From contig CAVRAG010000007.1 in NCBI GenBank assembly GCA_963718895.1, positions 480,001 through 544,000 on the forward strand: a stretch of 64,000 nucleotides of DNA, given 5' to 3'. The DNA is from an uncultured Nitrososphaerota archaeon. GTDB taxonomy: Archaea > Thermoproteota > Nitrososphaeria > Nitrososphaerales > Gagatemarchaeaceae. Under the pieces are notes generated by a model. The model had not been told where the DNA came from. It worked only from the letters and a program-made list of their open reading frames with translations, and searched no databases. The translations under genes and the position numbers were made by a program. Below are positions 52,740-63,058 of the stretch, one piece after another. The number at the start of each line of letters is the position of its first letter. Within the stretch, counting starts at the first letter, position 1.

Positions 52740-53942
52740 TTGCTAGTTGGAATCGTAGGGAAACCAAACGTGGGCAAGTCGACCTTTTTCTCGGCTGCGA
52801 CGCTGAAGAACGTCCCGATCGCCGACTATCCGTTCACGACGATAAACCCGAATCTCGGGATGGGTTACCTAAGGACGAAGTGCGTCTGCAAGGAGATGGG
52901 GGTCACCGACACCCCCAAGAACTCGGTCTGCAGCGACGGCGTCAGGCTGATCCCGGTCAAGCTGGTCGACGTCGCCGGCCTCGTCTCTGGCGCCGCCGCG
53001 GGGAGGGGCAGGGGGAACCAGTTCCTGGACGAACTGAGGCAGGCCGACGCCCTCATCCACGTGGTTGACGCTTCCGGGGGGACGGACGAGGAGGGGAGGA
53101 AGGTCGAGGTGGGGAGCAACGATCCCGTCGAGGACGTCCGGATGGTCGAGAACGAGCTCGACCTCTGGGTCCTCGGAATCATCGGCAAGGACTGGGAGAA
53201 GTCGGCCAGGCTGGCCGAACAGACCGGCTCGAGCATAGTCGCGCACCTGGCCCAGAGGTTGTCTGGGCTGGGCATCGACGAGGAGGGGATCGAAGGAGCC
53301 ATCCTGCATCTCAAACTGAAGCCGGAGAAGCCGGCCGGATGGACAGAGGGAGATCTGATGAACCTCGTGAAGGCCTTTCGGGAGACGAACAAGCCCAGCC
53401 TGATCGCGGCCAACAAGTCGGACCTCCAGGGGGCCCAGGAAAGGATCGAAGGACTGCGGGGGACCGGGAAGACCGTCGTCCCGTGCGCGGCCGAGGCCGA
53501 GCTCCTGCTAAGGAGGGCCTCAGAACACGGCCTGATTAGGTACACCCCCGGGGACAGCTCCTTCGAGGTCGTCAAGCCGGACCTCACCCCTCAGCAGATG
53601 AGGGCATTACAGCTAGTCAAGGAGAGGATCTTGGACATCTACGGATCGACCGGCGTGCAGCAGACGATCGACCAGGCTTACTTCGGCCTCCTGAAGGCCA
53701 TCGTCGCCTATCCCGTCGAGGACGAGACCAGGCTCGCAGACAAGAACGGAAACGTGCTCCCCGACGCGCACGTGATGAGAGGGGGTTCCACGGCACTCGA
53801 CCTCGCAAGGAGGATCCACACCGACCTCGCAAAGGGGTTCCTCTACGCCGTGGACGCGAGGACGGGGATGAGGGTCTCGGCAGACTATGTGCTGAAGAAC
53901 GGGGACATTCTGAAGATAGTCTCAGGCAGCAGGCGCGGCTAG
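52740..53942 (+). CDS. ychF: YchF/Obg-family ATPase/GTPase with TGS domain
   Basis: GKPNVGKST, YPFTT, DVAGL and NKSD motifs; TGS domain. Confidence 0.93.
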   Translation: MLVGIVGKPNVGKSTFFSAATLKNVPIADYPFTTINPNLGMGYLRTKCVCKEMGVTDTPKNSVCSDGVRLIPVKLVDVAGLVSGAAAGRGRGNQFLDELRQADALIHVVDASGGTDEEGRKVEVGSNDPVEDVRMVENELDLWVLGIIGKDWEKSARLAEQTGSSIVAHLAQRLSGLGIDEEGIEGAILHLKLKPEKPAGWTEGDLMNLVKAFRETNKPSLIAANKSDLQGAQERIEGLRGTGKTVVPCAAEAELLLRRASEHGLIRYTPGDSSFEVVKPDLTPQQMRALQLVKERILDIYGSTGVQQTIDQAYFGLLKAIVAYPVEDETRLADKNGNVLPDAHVMRGGSTALDLARRIHTDLAKGFLYAVDARTGMRVSADYVLKNGDILKIVSGSRRG

Positions 53943-54560
53943 GACCTCGGGCGCCGGAGCCGCGGGGACCGCCGCAGGCTTGCTCACGAGCTTCGTCTTT
54001 CGGACTCCCACGTGCCTGAGCCTTGTGACCTTCTTGGCTTCGTTGTAGACGTCGGACGCGACCTTCTGGAGGACAGTCTCCTGGACGAACTGGTCGTAGG
54101 TCAGGGAAGCCGCCCTCTCCGCGATGGTCCTGTCCATGACCGCCCTGATCCCGTGCTTCTTGGACGAGTTCATCCTTCCCTGGGACAGGGCGATGCAGTA
54201 GACCCGGACGACGTACCCGTCCTTGGTCGTGTAGTCCTTGATGAAGTCAGACATGGAAGAGCCCCGCCTCATGAGGCTCCTGAGATACTCCCTGGAGTAC
54301 TCGTGGCCCTTGAGGACCGTGTAGGCGGTGTCGCCCTCCACCCTGTCAATCTGGAAGTAGAGCTTGAAGCTGTAGTGCTGGGGGTCCTGCTTCAGGATGT
54401 CGTAGAGCGTCGTCTCCACGACCCGTCCTCCCGGGTTCTCGACGTCGCTCAGCGGGACCCGCCCGATGGGAGCGTTGCCGAAGGACGGCGAAGCGAGCAC
54501 CGTGACCCATTGCTTCGCCTTCCACTTGTCCTTTACCTTACCCGCTCCTTTCTTTACCAA
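53922..54560 (-). CDS. rps3ae: Ribosomal protein eS1 (S3Ae)
   Basis: KDKWKAKQW, GRVVETTL and YLRSLMRRGSS motifs. Confidence 0.95.
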   Translation of the reverse strand: MVKKGAGKVKDKWKAKQWVTVLASPSFGNAPIGRVPLSDVENPGGRVVETTLYDILKQDPQHYSFKLYFQIDRVEGDTAYTVLKGHEYSREYLRSLMRRGSSMSDFIKDYTTKDGYVVRVYCIALSQGRMNSSKKHGIRAVMDRTIAERAASLTYDQFVQETVLQKVASDVYNEAKKVTRLRHVGVRKTKLVSKPAAVPAAPAPEVLAAPAA

Positions 54561-54604
54561 GCTAGGAAGCGCCCCCCGATTCTCCCGCCTTAAAAACTCA
54601 GCCT

Positions 54605-55879
54605 TTACCCGATCCTCTCCTTGCCCCCCATGTAGGGGACGAGAGGTTCTGGTATGACGATCGAACCGTCGGCCTGCTGGAAATTCTCGACGACCGCCAC
54701 GAGCGCCCTCGTGGTCACCGCGGTGGAGTTGAGGATGTGGACCAGGCGTGGGTCGGCCCCCGGCTTCTCCCTGTAGCGTATCATGAGCCGGCGGGCCTGA
54801 TAGTCGGTCGTGTTGCTGCAGGAGACCATCTCCCTGAACTTCTGCTGGGCCGGCATCCAAGCCTCCAGGTCGTACTTCTTCGCGGCCACGGTCCCCATGT
54901 CGCCGGTGCAGACGTTCACGACGCGGTAGTGCAGACCCAGGCTTTGGTATATCGCCTCGGCGTTCGAGATCAGCTGCTCGTGGATAGTCCAGCTCTCCTC
55001 GGGCCTCGAGAAGACGATCTGCTCGACCTTGTAGAACTGGTGCGTCCTGAAGATCCCCTTCGTGTCCTTTCCGTGCGCTCCGGCCTCCACCCTGAAGTTC
55101 GGGCTGAAGCCGCAGTACCTCAGGGGGAGTGAGCCTCCGTCGAGAATCTCGTCCATATGCATCGAGACGAGGGGGTGCTCGGACGTCGCGATCAGGTAGA
55201 GGTCCTCGCCTTCGACCTTGTAGATCACCGGCCCGAAGTCGTTCAGATCGACCACGCCCTGGTAGGCCTCCCTCTTCATCATCAACGGGGGCTCGACGGG
55301 AGTGAACCCCTTCCGCACCAGCGTGTCGACCGCGAAACGCATAATCGATTGCTCCAGGAGCACCGCGTCCCCCTTCAGGAAGAAGAAACGGGCGCCGGCC
55401 ACCTTGGCGGCCCGCTCCATGTCTACCAGCCCCAGGGCCGTGAGGATATCGATGTGGTCGCGCAGCGGGAAATCTGCCGACCTCGGTGCGCCGAACGTGC
55501 GCACGGTTACGTTCCCGCTGTCGTCTGGACCGACGGGGACGGACTCATCGAGGATATTCGGCAGCCCCATGAGGATCTCCCGGACCCTCCCCTGGGCCCC
55601 ATCCGCCTTCGTGTCAAGCTCCTTGATCCGCTGGGGGATCCCCTTGACCTCGCTTAGCTTCTCTGCGGTGTCAGCCCCGGACCGCTTCAGGGCGGCTATC
55701 TCGGCCGTGAGCTGGTTCTGCCTGTGCCTCGCGTCGTCGACCTCCTTCTTGAGGAGCCGCCATTCGCGGTCGAGGGCGACGGCCTCGTCCACCAGGGGAA
55801 GCTTGTCGTCCCATCCCCTTCTGCGCAGGTCGTGCCGTATGACGTCCGGGGCATCCCGGACCAGTTTCACGTCGAGCAT
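54605..55879 (-). CDS. serS: Seryl-tRNA synthetase (bacterial/standard type)
   Basis: LIATSEHP, FRVEAG...GIFRTHQFYKVE and EMVSCSN motifs. Confidence 0.97.
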   Translation of the reverse strand: MLDVKLVRDAPDVIRHDLRRRGWDDKLPLVDEAVALDREWRLLKKEVDDARHRQNQLTAEIAALKRSGADTAEKLSEVKGIPQRIKELDTKADGAQGRVREILMGLPNILDESVPVGPDDSGNVTVRTFGAPRSADFPLRDHIDILTALGLVDMERAAKVAGARFFFLKGDAVLLEQSIMRFAVDTLVRKGFTPVEPPLMMKREAYQGVVDLNDFGPVIYKVEGEDLYLIATSEHPLVSMHMDEILDGGSLPLRYCGFSPNFRVEAGAHGKDTKGIFRTHQFYKVEQIVFSRPEESWTIHEQLISNAEAIYQSLGLHYRVVNVCTGDMGTVAAKKYDLEAWMPAQQKFREMVSCSNTTDYQARRLMIRYREKPGADPRLVHILNSTAVTTRALVAVVENFQQADGSIVIPEPLVPYMGGKERIG

Positions 55880-55913
55880 TGTACAGCACACCCCGGAGAA
55901 GCCCTGGAGATAA

Positions 55914-56157
55914 TCATGACGCCACCGACCAGACCTCTTCGAAGAGTTGGGCATCCGAGAGCAGGCTCTGGGCAGAAGCGATGCAGCTGGAAGGGCGCCC
56001 CGAGTCTATCCTGAAGACAAGGACTCTGCCTACCCTGCTTGACGAGAGCCGCTGGTCCCTGGGTAGCCGGTGGTTATCCGGGTCCAACGCCGCTTCCAGC
56101 GAGGCAGCCTCGTTCTCCCCGAGGCATTCGATCGTGATCTCGACCGTGAGGGTCAAC
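55914..56157 (-). CDS. pcc1: KEOPS subunit Pcc1 (in frame with the upstream DHH gene as sequenced)
   Basis: LEAALDPDN motif; conserved rps15-DHH-pcc1 gene order. Confidence 0.7.
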
Positions 56158-57560
56158 CCGAGACGCCTCTTGAGGACGGCCCTCGTGAACTCGTCCCTCT
56201 TTGCCATCGGAATCTTCGCGCCCGCCGCCATGCTATGGCCACCGCCCACGCCTCCGACGAGCTCCGCCGCCTGCTGCATTATGAGGCCCAGGTTGACCTC
56301 CTTGGGGAAGGAGTCTCCGAGCCTTGAGGAGAACTTCAGCTCTGTCTCTCCCGAGCGGGCTCGGACGAGGACCATCTTGTCCTTGTACCTCTCGGAGGAC
56401 GCCAGGAGAGACGATATCGAGCCGGTCATCCTCTCCTCGATGAACTCATCGCCCACTACGACTGCGACGTCCCCCTGGGTCGAGACCCTCTCACCCGGGG
56501 TCTGAAGGATCTGGAGCGCCTTGCCGATCTTGACCCGGTACTCACCTGTCAGCCTGAGGGACTCTGAGAGCGCCCCATCCCTGTCTCCCAGGGCGATGGC
56601 GATGCCGACATCCGTCGCGTCCATCCTGCCACAGGCGTTGATGAGCGTCGCGAACTCTCTGGCGTCGTGAAGTGGGGTCAGCGAGTCCTCGTCGCGCAGC
56701 GAGTACACCTCGCCTATCATCTCCGCGATGAGCGCCGAGCCGCCCCCGTCCACGCTGACGAAGCTCGTAAGGACCTCAAGCAGCTTCTGCTTCTCCTCTT
56801 CTGAGAGCTCGGCGAGGTTGCGCCACCTCCCGTGCTCCTTCAGGATGAAGCCGGAGTTCGAGAGGGCCGAGAGGCACGCGTCCTTGGCCCCGGAGAGGCC
56901 GGGGATGTACGGGGTATATGTCATGGCGATCGCCTCGTGAATAGGGCGCGTCTCCCGCCCGTGGAACAGGAAGTCCTTCGAGACCGTGATGAGGCCCTTC
57001 TCCTGTGCGTCCTGCAGAACCGCCCTGTTGAGACCCGCCAGCGACCGGCCCGGACCGTTGTCCTGACGGTCCCCGAGCGCGCCGATGATCGCGATAGGCG
57101 ACAGATCCTTGTTCTCTTCGTCCAGGGAGAGAGCCAGGAAATAGGCCATGGTCGAGGAGCTGGCATCGATTCCGCCGTCGTAGCCGAACCCCCAGGCGTT
57201 CATCACGTTCGGATGGCCGTAGCTCTCGGGGGGCAGCTGATGATGGTCGACGACGAGGAAGTTGGCCCCGAAGGCGGTCGTCAACTGACCGATGAGCCCG
57301 GATCCGAGGTCGGTGAAGAGGTAGAAGTCGAACCTGTCGTTCTTTAGGGCGTCTATCGCCCTCCCATCCAGGTCTGGCAGGGCCCTCACCGAGGCGATAG
57401 CTCCGATCCTCTCGAGAGCCTGAAAGGCAATCGATCCGCTGGAGAGGCCGTCCGCGTCAATGTGGGTGACGACGAGTATCCGCTTCCTCTCCTTGGACAG
57501 GCGCGACAGGAGCTTCGAGGCCTCCGATGCCCTCGCCGTGAGCGCCTCGAGGTCGGGCAT
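56154..57560 (-). CDS. RecJ/GAN-like DHH phosphoesterase
   Basis: HIDADG, TDLGSG, DHH, GDRQD, NACGR and GGGH motifs. Confidence 0.92.
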
Positions 57561-57579
57561 ACCTGATGCCAGGCCTCCC

Positions 57580-58029
57580 CTAGGTCAGTTGAGCTACAAC
57601 CGCTGCGTACTTGAAGTCGGCGGGGATGGCTCCCACTTTCTTGTAGTGCTTGGAGAGCCGATAGATCTTGGCCTCTATTAGCTCCAGGGAGCGGACGTTC
57701 CTTCTGTCCGATTTGAAGGTGGCAAGATGAAGCTGGACGCGCTTCGCCCTCTCCAGAAGGTTCTGAAGGTCCTCGGGGATCGCTGGCGCGAGCTTGTTCT
57801 CCTTCAAGAGAGTCGAGATCGACTTGCCGATGATAGGTTTGACCAGCGGGATGCCGTATTCGTCCCTCAGCCTGACACCAATCTGACTCGGTGTGAGGCC
57901 TTCCTTTCCCATCTTTATCGTCATCGAGCTTACCTCGTCGGCACTATAGGTGAGCCAGCTCGGAGGCCTCTTGCTCGTGGGCCTGGTCTGGTGGCTCTTG
58001 CCGTGCCGATGGGAATGAATTCTTGCCAA
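57580..58029 (-). CDS. rps15: Ribosomal protein uS15
   Basis: MARIH...GKS, PSQIG..LRD and IPEDL motifs. Confidence 0.96.
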   Translation of the reverse strand: MARIHSHRHGKSHQTRPTSKRPPSWLTYSADEVSSMTIKMGKEGLTPSQIGVRLRDEYGIPLVKPIIGKSISTLLKENKLAPAIPEDLQNLLERAKRVQLHLATFKSDRRNVRSLELIEAKIYRLSKHYKKVGAIPADFKYAAVVAQLT

Positions 58030-58062
58030 TCCTAAACAGCCGCGACTCCGAAGCCGGCCTGT

Positions 58063-58649
58063 TTAAAACAGTTGCCCAGTCTCTGAGCCGGCGTACCACC
58101 CGGCGAACTTCCTGAGAGCCTCTCCCCTGTGGGATACAGCACACTTCTCCTCCAGGGTCAGCTCTCCCATCGACTTCCTCCCCCTGAGGGCACGAAGACT
58201 GGGTCGAAACCGAAGCCGTTCTCGCCCGAGGGCGACCTCGAGATCCGCCCGGTCACGGTGCCTTCGAAGACGCGGGGTTCTCCCTTCGGTTCGCAGAAGG
58301 CGACCGCGCTCCTGAAGCAGGCACGCCTCGATCTCGCTCGCTGCAGGAGCGATAGGAGCCCGGCGATCCCCACGGTCTTGAACACGTAGGAAGAGGACGG
58401 GCCTGGGAAACCGTGCAGCGCGTCGACGAACAGCCCCGCGTCCTCAACGATCAGGGGCCTCTGGTACCTTCGGGAGGCGGCCCTGGCCGAAAAGGCGGCG
58501 ACCTCGGAGACCGTTTCAGCCTGTATCTCCACGCCCTTCCCGTCAAACGGCCTCACCTCTATCCTAGAGGGAGAGAGTATGATGCGGGCCTCCGCGATCT
58601 TCCCCCGGTTGGATGTGGCGAAGGATATCTGTCTACTCGAGTCTGGCAT
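58063..58649 (-). CDS. Non-canonical purine NTP pyrophosphatase (Ham1/RdgB; frameshift near 58180)
   Basis: ATSNRGK, EDAGL, GFGFDPVF; SHR motif in the shifted frame. Confidence 0.92.
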
Positions 58650-59304
58650 AACGTCCCCTCCTCTCGATCTCGACGAGCTTCTTGGCGACGGCTCGGGCCC
58701 TGGCCTCGCCGACCTCGCTGGCGTAGCCCCCCATGAAGGAAGACATCACCATAGCGGCTATCCCGGAGTGGGCGCCGGCCAGAGTCTCCTTGATTAGCCT
58801 GAGGTCAACCGCATGATCCTCCAACTTGACGGAGTGTGAGGAGAGCCCGAAGTCTATCAGCCGGATGCCGCCCAGGTCTATGAGAACATTGGAAGTGGTC
58901 AGGTCGCCGTGCATGATCCCGCCGCGATGGAGCATCCCGACGGCGGCCCCGAAATCGGACGAGACTCTCGCGGCGTCGGTCTCGGGCGACTCCAAGAGCG
59001 ACTTGAGCCTAGGTCCCTCGACCTCTTCCATCACGATCAGCGACTCGGGTTGAGAGACATAGTAGAGGTAGGGGGCGTTCACGCCTACGGCCTTGGCGTC
59101 GTGGAGGATTTCGGCCTCGTGCACGGTGCGCTGGGCCCTTATCTCAGCGTCGAGCTCCGGGTGCCTGTACGGGAGTGGCTTCCTGAACTTGAAGATTGCC
59201 CTCTCTCCCGCCCATTCGTCCGAGAAGATGTCCGCTTCCGCGCCGCGGTAGACCAGTTTCAAGCGCCCGCCCTCCAGGGGAGCGGTACTGTGTCCAATCT
59301 CCAC
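58633..59304 (-). CDS. bud32: KEOPS kinase Bud32
   Basis: RGAEA, HGDLTTSN, IDFGL and RRGRY motifs. Confidence 0.93.
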   Translation of the reverse strand: MEIGHSTAPLEGGRLKLVYRGAEADIFSDEWAGERAIFKFRKPLPYRHPELDAEIRAQRTVHEAEILHDAKAVGVNAPYLYYVSQPESLIVMEEVEGPRLKSLLESPETDAARVSSDFGAAVGMLHRGGIMHGDLTTSNVLIDLGGIRLIDFGLSSHSVKLEDHAVDLRLIKETLAGAHSGIAAMVMSSFMGGYASEVGEARARAVAKKLVEIERRGRYARLE

Positions 59305-60263
59305 GACTGTCTTGTCACGCTGTTCTCGACAGGCACGGTGACGCCCGCCCTGAAGGCGAGGAGACCTGTCCACGCGATCTGCGCGCCGCAGTCGCCGCTG
59401 TAGCGAAGGGGCACGACGGAGAGCCTTGCGGAATGCCTCTCGACCATCACGTTTAGCATCTCCGAGAGCCTTTTGTTGGCGGCGACCCCTCCCACCACCA
59501 TGACCTCCTTGCTCCCGGTGAAGGCGAGCGCCCTCTCCGTGACCTCCACAGTGGTCGCGAAGGCACTCTCCTGCACAGAGAAGCAGACGTCCTCGAAGGG
59601 CTCGCCAAGGTCGACCAGTCGCTTCGCCGCCGTGACCAGTCCCGAAAAGGAGACGTCGTTGCCCTTCACGGTGTAGGGGAGCCTGATGTACCTGTGCGAA
59701 CGGGAGGCGGCCTCCTCTATCCGTCTTCCGCACGGCGAGGAGTAGCCGTGGTGTCGACCGAGCTGGTCGAGCAACTGTCCGAGCGTGAGGTCGAGCGTCT
59801 CGCCGAGCACGCGCCACATCCCCGCTGAGCACGATATCACCATCGTGTGCCCCCCTGAGATTAGGAGGACCAGGGGCGAGACGGCGCCAGTCAGCATACA
59901 GCCGAGTTCGATGTGACCGATGGCGTGGTTCACTGGGACGAGTGGTTTGTTGATGGCGAGGGCCATCGTGCGCGCCGAGACCGCTCCCACCCTTAGGCAA
60001 GGACCCAGGCCGGGGCCCATCGCGTAGGCAACGGCGTCCAGGTCCCCCGCCTCAAGACCGGACTCGGCCAGGGCAGACCCGACTATCCCAGCGGCCACAG
60101 CCTTGTGGTGGTTGGCGGCCTCGGTCGGATGGATGCCGGAGCCTTCAGGCGGCACGTAGACGTCCTTGACGTCGCTGAGGAGCCTCTCCTTCTCGGTGAC
60201 GACCGACGCAGAGAAAGTGTGGGCCGTGCTCTCGATCCCGAGGACGCAGAGGTTTCCCCTCAC
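59259..60263 (-). CDS. kae1: tRNA t6A synthase Kae1
   Basis: GIESTAHT, HAIGHIE, SGGHT and GGVAAN motifs. Confidence 0.95.
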   Translation of the reverse strand: MRGNLCVLGIESTAHTFSASVVTEKERLLSDVKDVYVPPEGSGIHPTEAANHHKAVAAGIVGSALAESGLEAGDLDAVAYAMGPGLGPCLRVGAVSARTMALAINKPLVPVNHAIGHIELGCMLTGAVSPLVLLISGGHTMVISCSAGMWRVLGETLDLTLGQLLDQLGRHHGYSSPCGRRIEEAASRSHRYIRLPYTVKGNDVSFSGLVTAAKRLVDLGEPFEDVCFSVQESAFATTVEVTERALAFTGSKEVMVVGGVAANKRLSEMLNVMVERHSARLSVVPLRYSGDCGAQIAWTGLLAFRAGVTVPVENSVTRQSWRLDTVPLPWRAGA

Positions 60264-60344
60264 GGTTGAATCCTCTCGGCCAGCTCACCGGAGTGCTGAT
60301 AAAGTTATCAACGGAGCCGTCGGCTCCGCTGGGAGAATTGCTTC

Positions 60345-60776
60345 ATGCAGAGAGAAATCCAGGCCCTCGAGATCTCTTGTTTCGTCCAGGCCACCGAGGA
60401 CGAAGGGAAGGTACGCGACGCGATCCTAGGAGCCCTGGGCATCCAGCAGGAACCCGAGATAGCGGACCTGGAGGGGCACTTTGGAAACCGCATCATCGAT
60501 CTCCAGTGGCACCTCACCGGGGAACAGGCCTGGGCGTCGTTTCGGGCGCTGACTTCGCTCCTTGGAGAGACGGGGAGGAGGGAGATCCTCAGAGAACTCG
60601 ACACATACCTTGACAAACACGGAGCTCTCTACATCCGGTTGAACAAGCAGATCCTCATCAGCGGGATGGCCTTCCTTTCGCCGAGCGACCCGGTCAGGGT
60701 CAGGGTCAAGCCCAGGCACTTCATGATGAAGGGATCGACCCGGACAGTTCTACGAGAGTCTCATGGGGGCCTCTGA
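60345..60776 (+). CDS. DUF54 RNA-binding protein
   Basis: ATED..KV, GHFGNRI and LYIRLNKQ motifs. Confidence 0.85.
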   Translation: MQREIQALEISCFVQATEDEGKVRDAILGALGIQQEPEIADLEGHFGNRIIDLQWHLTGEQAWASFRALTSLLGETGRREILRELDTYLDKHGALYIRLNKQILISGMAFLSPSDPVRVRVKPRHFMMKGSTRTVLRESHGGL

Positions 60777-60779
60777 CCG

Positions 60780-61061
60780 CTGACAGCGCCGCACGGGAGG
60801 AAGAGATACCTCCTGCTCTCGAGCGATCGTCCCATAGACCCGGAGGCACAGAAGGAGTTCACGCGGATGATATTCGAGAGGTATCCCGACATGGGTAAGA
60901 ACAGGGTGGTCTGGGTGAACGGGAGCCTGATTGTGAGGACCGACCATCTTCATCTTGCGGAGATGGAACAGACTCTCGCAATGAAGGTGGGCGAGTCGGA
61001 GCTGGCCGCCAGGCGCGTCTCGGGATCAATCAGCAAGCTCAAAAGACTGGTGGAACGGTAG
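60780..61061 (+). CDS. Pop5/Rpp14-like RNase P protein (divergent; start uncertain)
   Basis: RKRYLL...IVRT...VSGSISKLK pattern. Confidence 0.6.
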   Translation: MTAPHGRKRYLLLSSDRPIDPEAQKEFTRMIFERYPDMGKNRVVWVNGSLIVRTDHLHLAEMEQTLAMKVGESELAARRVSGSISKLKRLVER

Positions 61062-61071
61062 CCGGCGCTGG

Positions 61072-61470
61072 ATGGCCAAGTACTTCACCGAAGAATACTT
61101 CAAAGAGGTCGAGCAGAAGCTCGCAACCGACCCGAAGTGGCAGCAGGACACCAAGGGGATCAAGACAACGATCCTCCTGAGTGCCCCTGACCGGAGTGCA
61201 CTCTTCCTCATCAAGGTCGAGGAGGGGACGACGACCATCTCCGAGACCGAGCCGGGCGTCAGCGTCGAGTTCTCGTTCGAGGGCAGCTACGATGTCTGGA
61301 CGAAGGTCGCTAAGGGCGAGGTCGACCTTCAGTCCGCGGTCCTGAAGGGACAGCTGAAGTTCAGAGGTTCGATAACGAAGATCCTCTTCTACAAAGACCG
61401 TTTCACAAGGATAGCCGAGGTAATCCGCTCGGTCCCCGTGGAGTTCGAGGTCGCGGGGACGAACACGTAG
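61072..61470 (+). CDS. SCP2 sterol/lipid-binding domain protein
   Basis: GSYDVW..V..GE.D...AVLKGQLKFRG motif. Confidence 0.88.
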   Translation: MAKYFTEEYFKEVEQKLATDPKWQQDTKGIKTTILLSAPDRSALFLIKVEEGTTTISETEPGVSVEFSFEGSYDVWTKVAKGEVDLQSAVLKGQLKFRGSITKILFYKDRFTRIAEVIRSVPVEFEVAGTNT

Positions 61471-61886
61471 TAGGGCGACCCGTCGTCGCTCCTCCGGGAC
61501 TCGAGCCTCAGCTTCATTCCCGCGTCCAGCTTCTCGAGGGTGGTCCCCTCGATCCATGCGAGGACCTTCAGGCCCTGGCCCAGACGACCGATGCCCACCA
61601 GGTAAGGGTCGTTCTCCACGAAGCTAGTCGGAGTGACTTGCACTAGGGTGAAAGTTACCAGTTCGGCATCCGTACCCAGGTCGACCCACTCGACGGCACC
61701 ACCCATACACCTCGGGCAGTCAGACTGAGGCGGGAAGCTGACCGTTCCGCAGTCCCCGCACTTCGTGGTTACGAATCTGCCGTCCTTCAGTGAGTCCCAG
61801 AACTGGTGGGTCTTGGAGATCGGGAGGTTGAATCGGAGGCTGAGGGTCCTCCTCGAATGCATCGTAGGCGGTTCTGAGTCCATCAT
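61389..61886 (-). CDS. DUF35 Zn-ribbon/OB-fold thiolase partner
   Basis: FWDSLKDG..CGDCG...PP..DCPRC; directly downstream of the thiolase. Confidence 0.9.
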   Translation of the reverse strand: MMDSEPPTMHSRRTLSLRFNLPISKTHQFWDSLKDGRFVTTKCGDCGTVSFPPQSDCPRCMGGAVEWVDLGTDAELVTFTLVQVTPTSFVENDPYLVGIGRLGQGLKVLAWIEGTTLEKLDAGMKLRLESRRSDDGSPYYVFVPATSNSTGTERITSAILVKRSL

Positions 61887-63049
61887 CGTTGGTCCCTCGA
61901 CAAGACGGTCACGTAGCAGTAGTGCCCCGTGCCACCCACGTTGTGGACGAGCCCGTTTCCTTTCTTGATGGGGACCTGATGTCGCCCCGCCTCGCCCCTG
62001 AGCTGCTTCGATATCTCGACCATCATCGAGACCCCGGTCGCGCCCACGGGGTGCCCCTTCGCCTTGAGGCCGCCGTCGACGTTGACCGGTATCGTTCCCC
62101 CGATCTCGGTCTGACCATCCCTCAAAAGCTTCGGGCCCTCGCCCTTGGCGCAAAATCCGAGGTCCTCGTAGGCCATCAGCTCGGCTATCGTGAAGCAGTC
62201 ATGACAGGTCGCGACGTCCAGGTCGGTAGGTGCGATCTTCGCCCGCGAGTAGGCCTTGCGCGACGCGTCCACGGTGGCAGCGAGTCCGACGTAGTCGTCC
62301 CTCTTGCTGAGGTTCGCCGAGTCCGACGAGACCCCCATCCCCTTGATCCAGACAGGGGTGTCGGAGAGCTTGCGCGCAACGTCCTCGCTAGCGAGGACGA
62401 CAGCAGCCGACCCGTCGGTTATGGGGCAGGCGTCGTAGAGCTTGAGGGGCCAGGAGACGACCTGGGAAGAGAGCGCCTTCTCGAGGGTTATCTCCTTCTG
62501 GAACTGGGCGAGGGGGTTCATCGACGCGTAGTGGTGCGCTTTCACGGCGACCCTCGCCATGTCTTCCTCGGTCGTCCCGAACCTCTTCATGTGGGCGACC
62601 GCGAAGAGGGCGTAGTACGCCGGGAACGTCATCCCGAAGTTCTCAAATTCCCAGAGATAGGAGCCCGCCCGTCCCATCAGCTCGACGGAGGTCAGGGTGT
62701 CCACCTCGGTCATCTTCTCGAGCCCCACCGCGAGCGCGATCTCTGCTTCGCCGCTCGCTATGCTCAGGTAGGCGGACCGGACGGCGGCGCTCCCGCTGGC
62801 GCACGCGGCCTCAACCCTCATAGTTCCAACCTTCTCGAAGCCCGCGTACTCGTTGACTATCACGGCAGGGAGCGACTCCTCATACCAGCCGCCCGCGCTC
62901 CCCACCGTCACGTTCTCAATCTGCTTCTTCTCAACACCTGCGTCCTGCACGGCCTGCTTGATCGACTCGAAGGCGAGCTCTCCAAGGTTGACGTCGGTCC
63001 TCCTCCCGAACTTCGAGTGGCCTATCCCGACGACGGCTACCTGCCTCAA
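61883..63049 (-). CDS. Thiolase (archaeal SCP-x type acetyl-CoA C-acyltransferase)
   Basis: EAACASG, HDCF, GHPVGATG and HNVGG motifs. Confidence 0.95.
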   Translation of the reverse strand: MRQVAVVGIGHSKFGRRTDVNLGELAFESIKQAVQDAGVEKKQIENVTVGSAGGWYEESLPAVIVNEYAGFEKVGTMRVEAACASGSAAVRSAYLSIASGEAEIALAVGLEKMTEVDTLTSVELMGRAGSYLWEFENFGMTFPAYYALFAVAHMKRFGTTEEDMARVAVKAHHYASMNPLAQFQKEITLEKALSSQVVSWPLKLYDACPITDGSAAVVLASEDVARKLSDTPVWIKGMGVSSDSANLSKRDDYVGLAATVDASRKAYSRAKIAPTDLDVATCHDCFTIAELMAYEDLGFCAKGEGPKLLRDGQTEIGGTIPVNVDGGLKAKGHPVGATGVSMMVEISKQLRGEAGRHQVPIKKGNGLVHNVGGTGHYCYVTVLSRDQR

Positions 63050-63058
63050 CCCTGACCC

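Noticed and set aside
58633-60000. 455-aa ORF suggesting an extended Bud32 or a Kae1-Bud32 fusion
   Set aside because: The upstream part is an alternate frame over kae1; the two genes are in different frames and kae1 has its own stop
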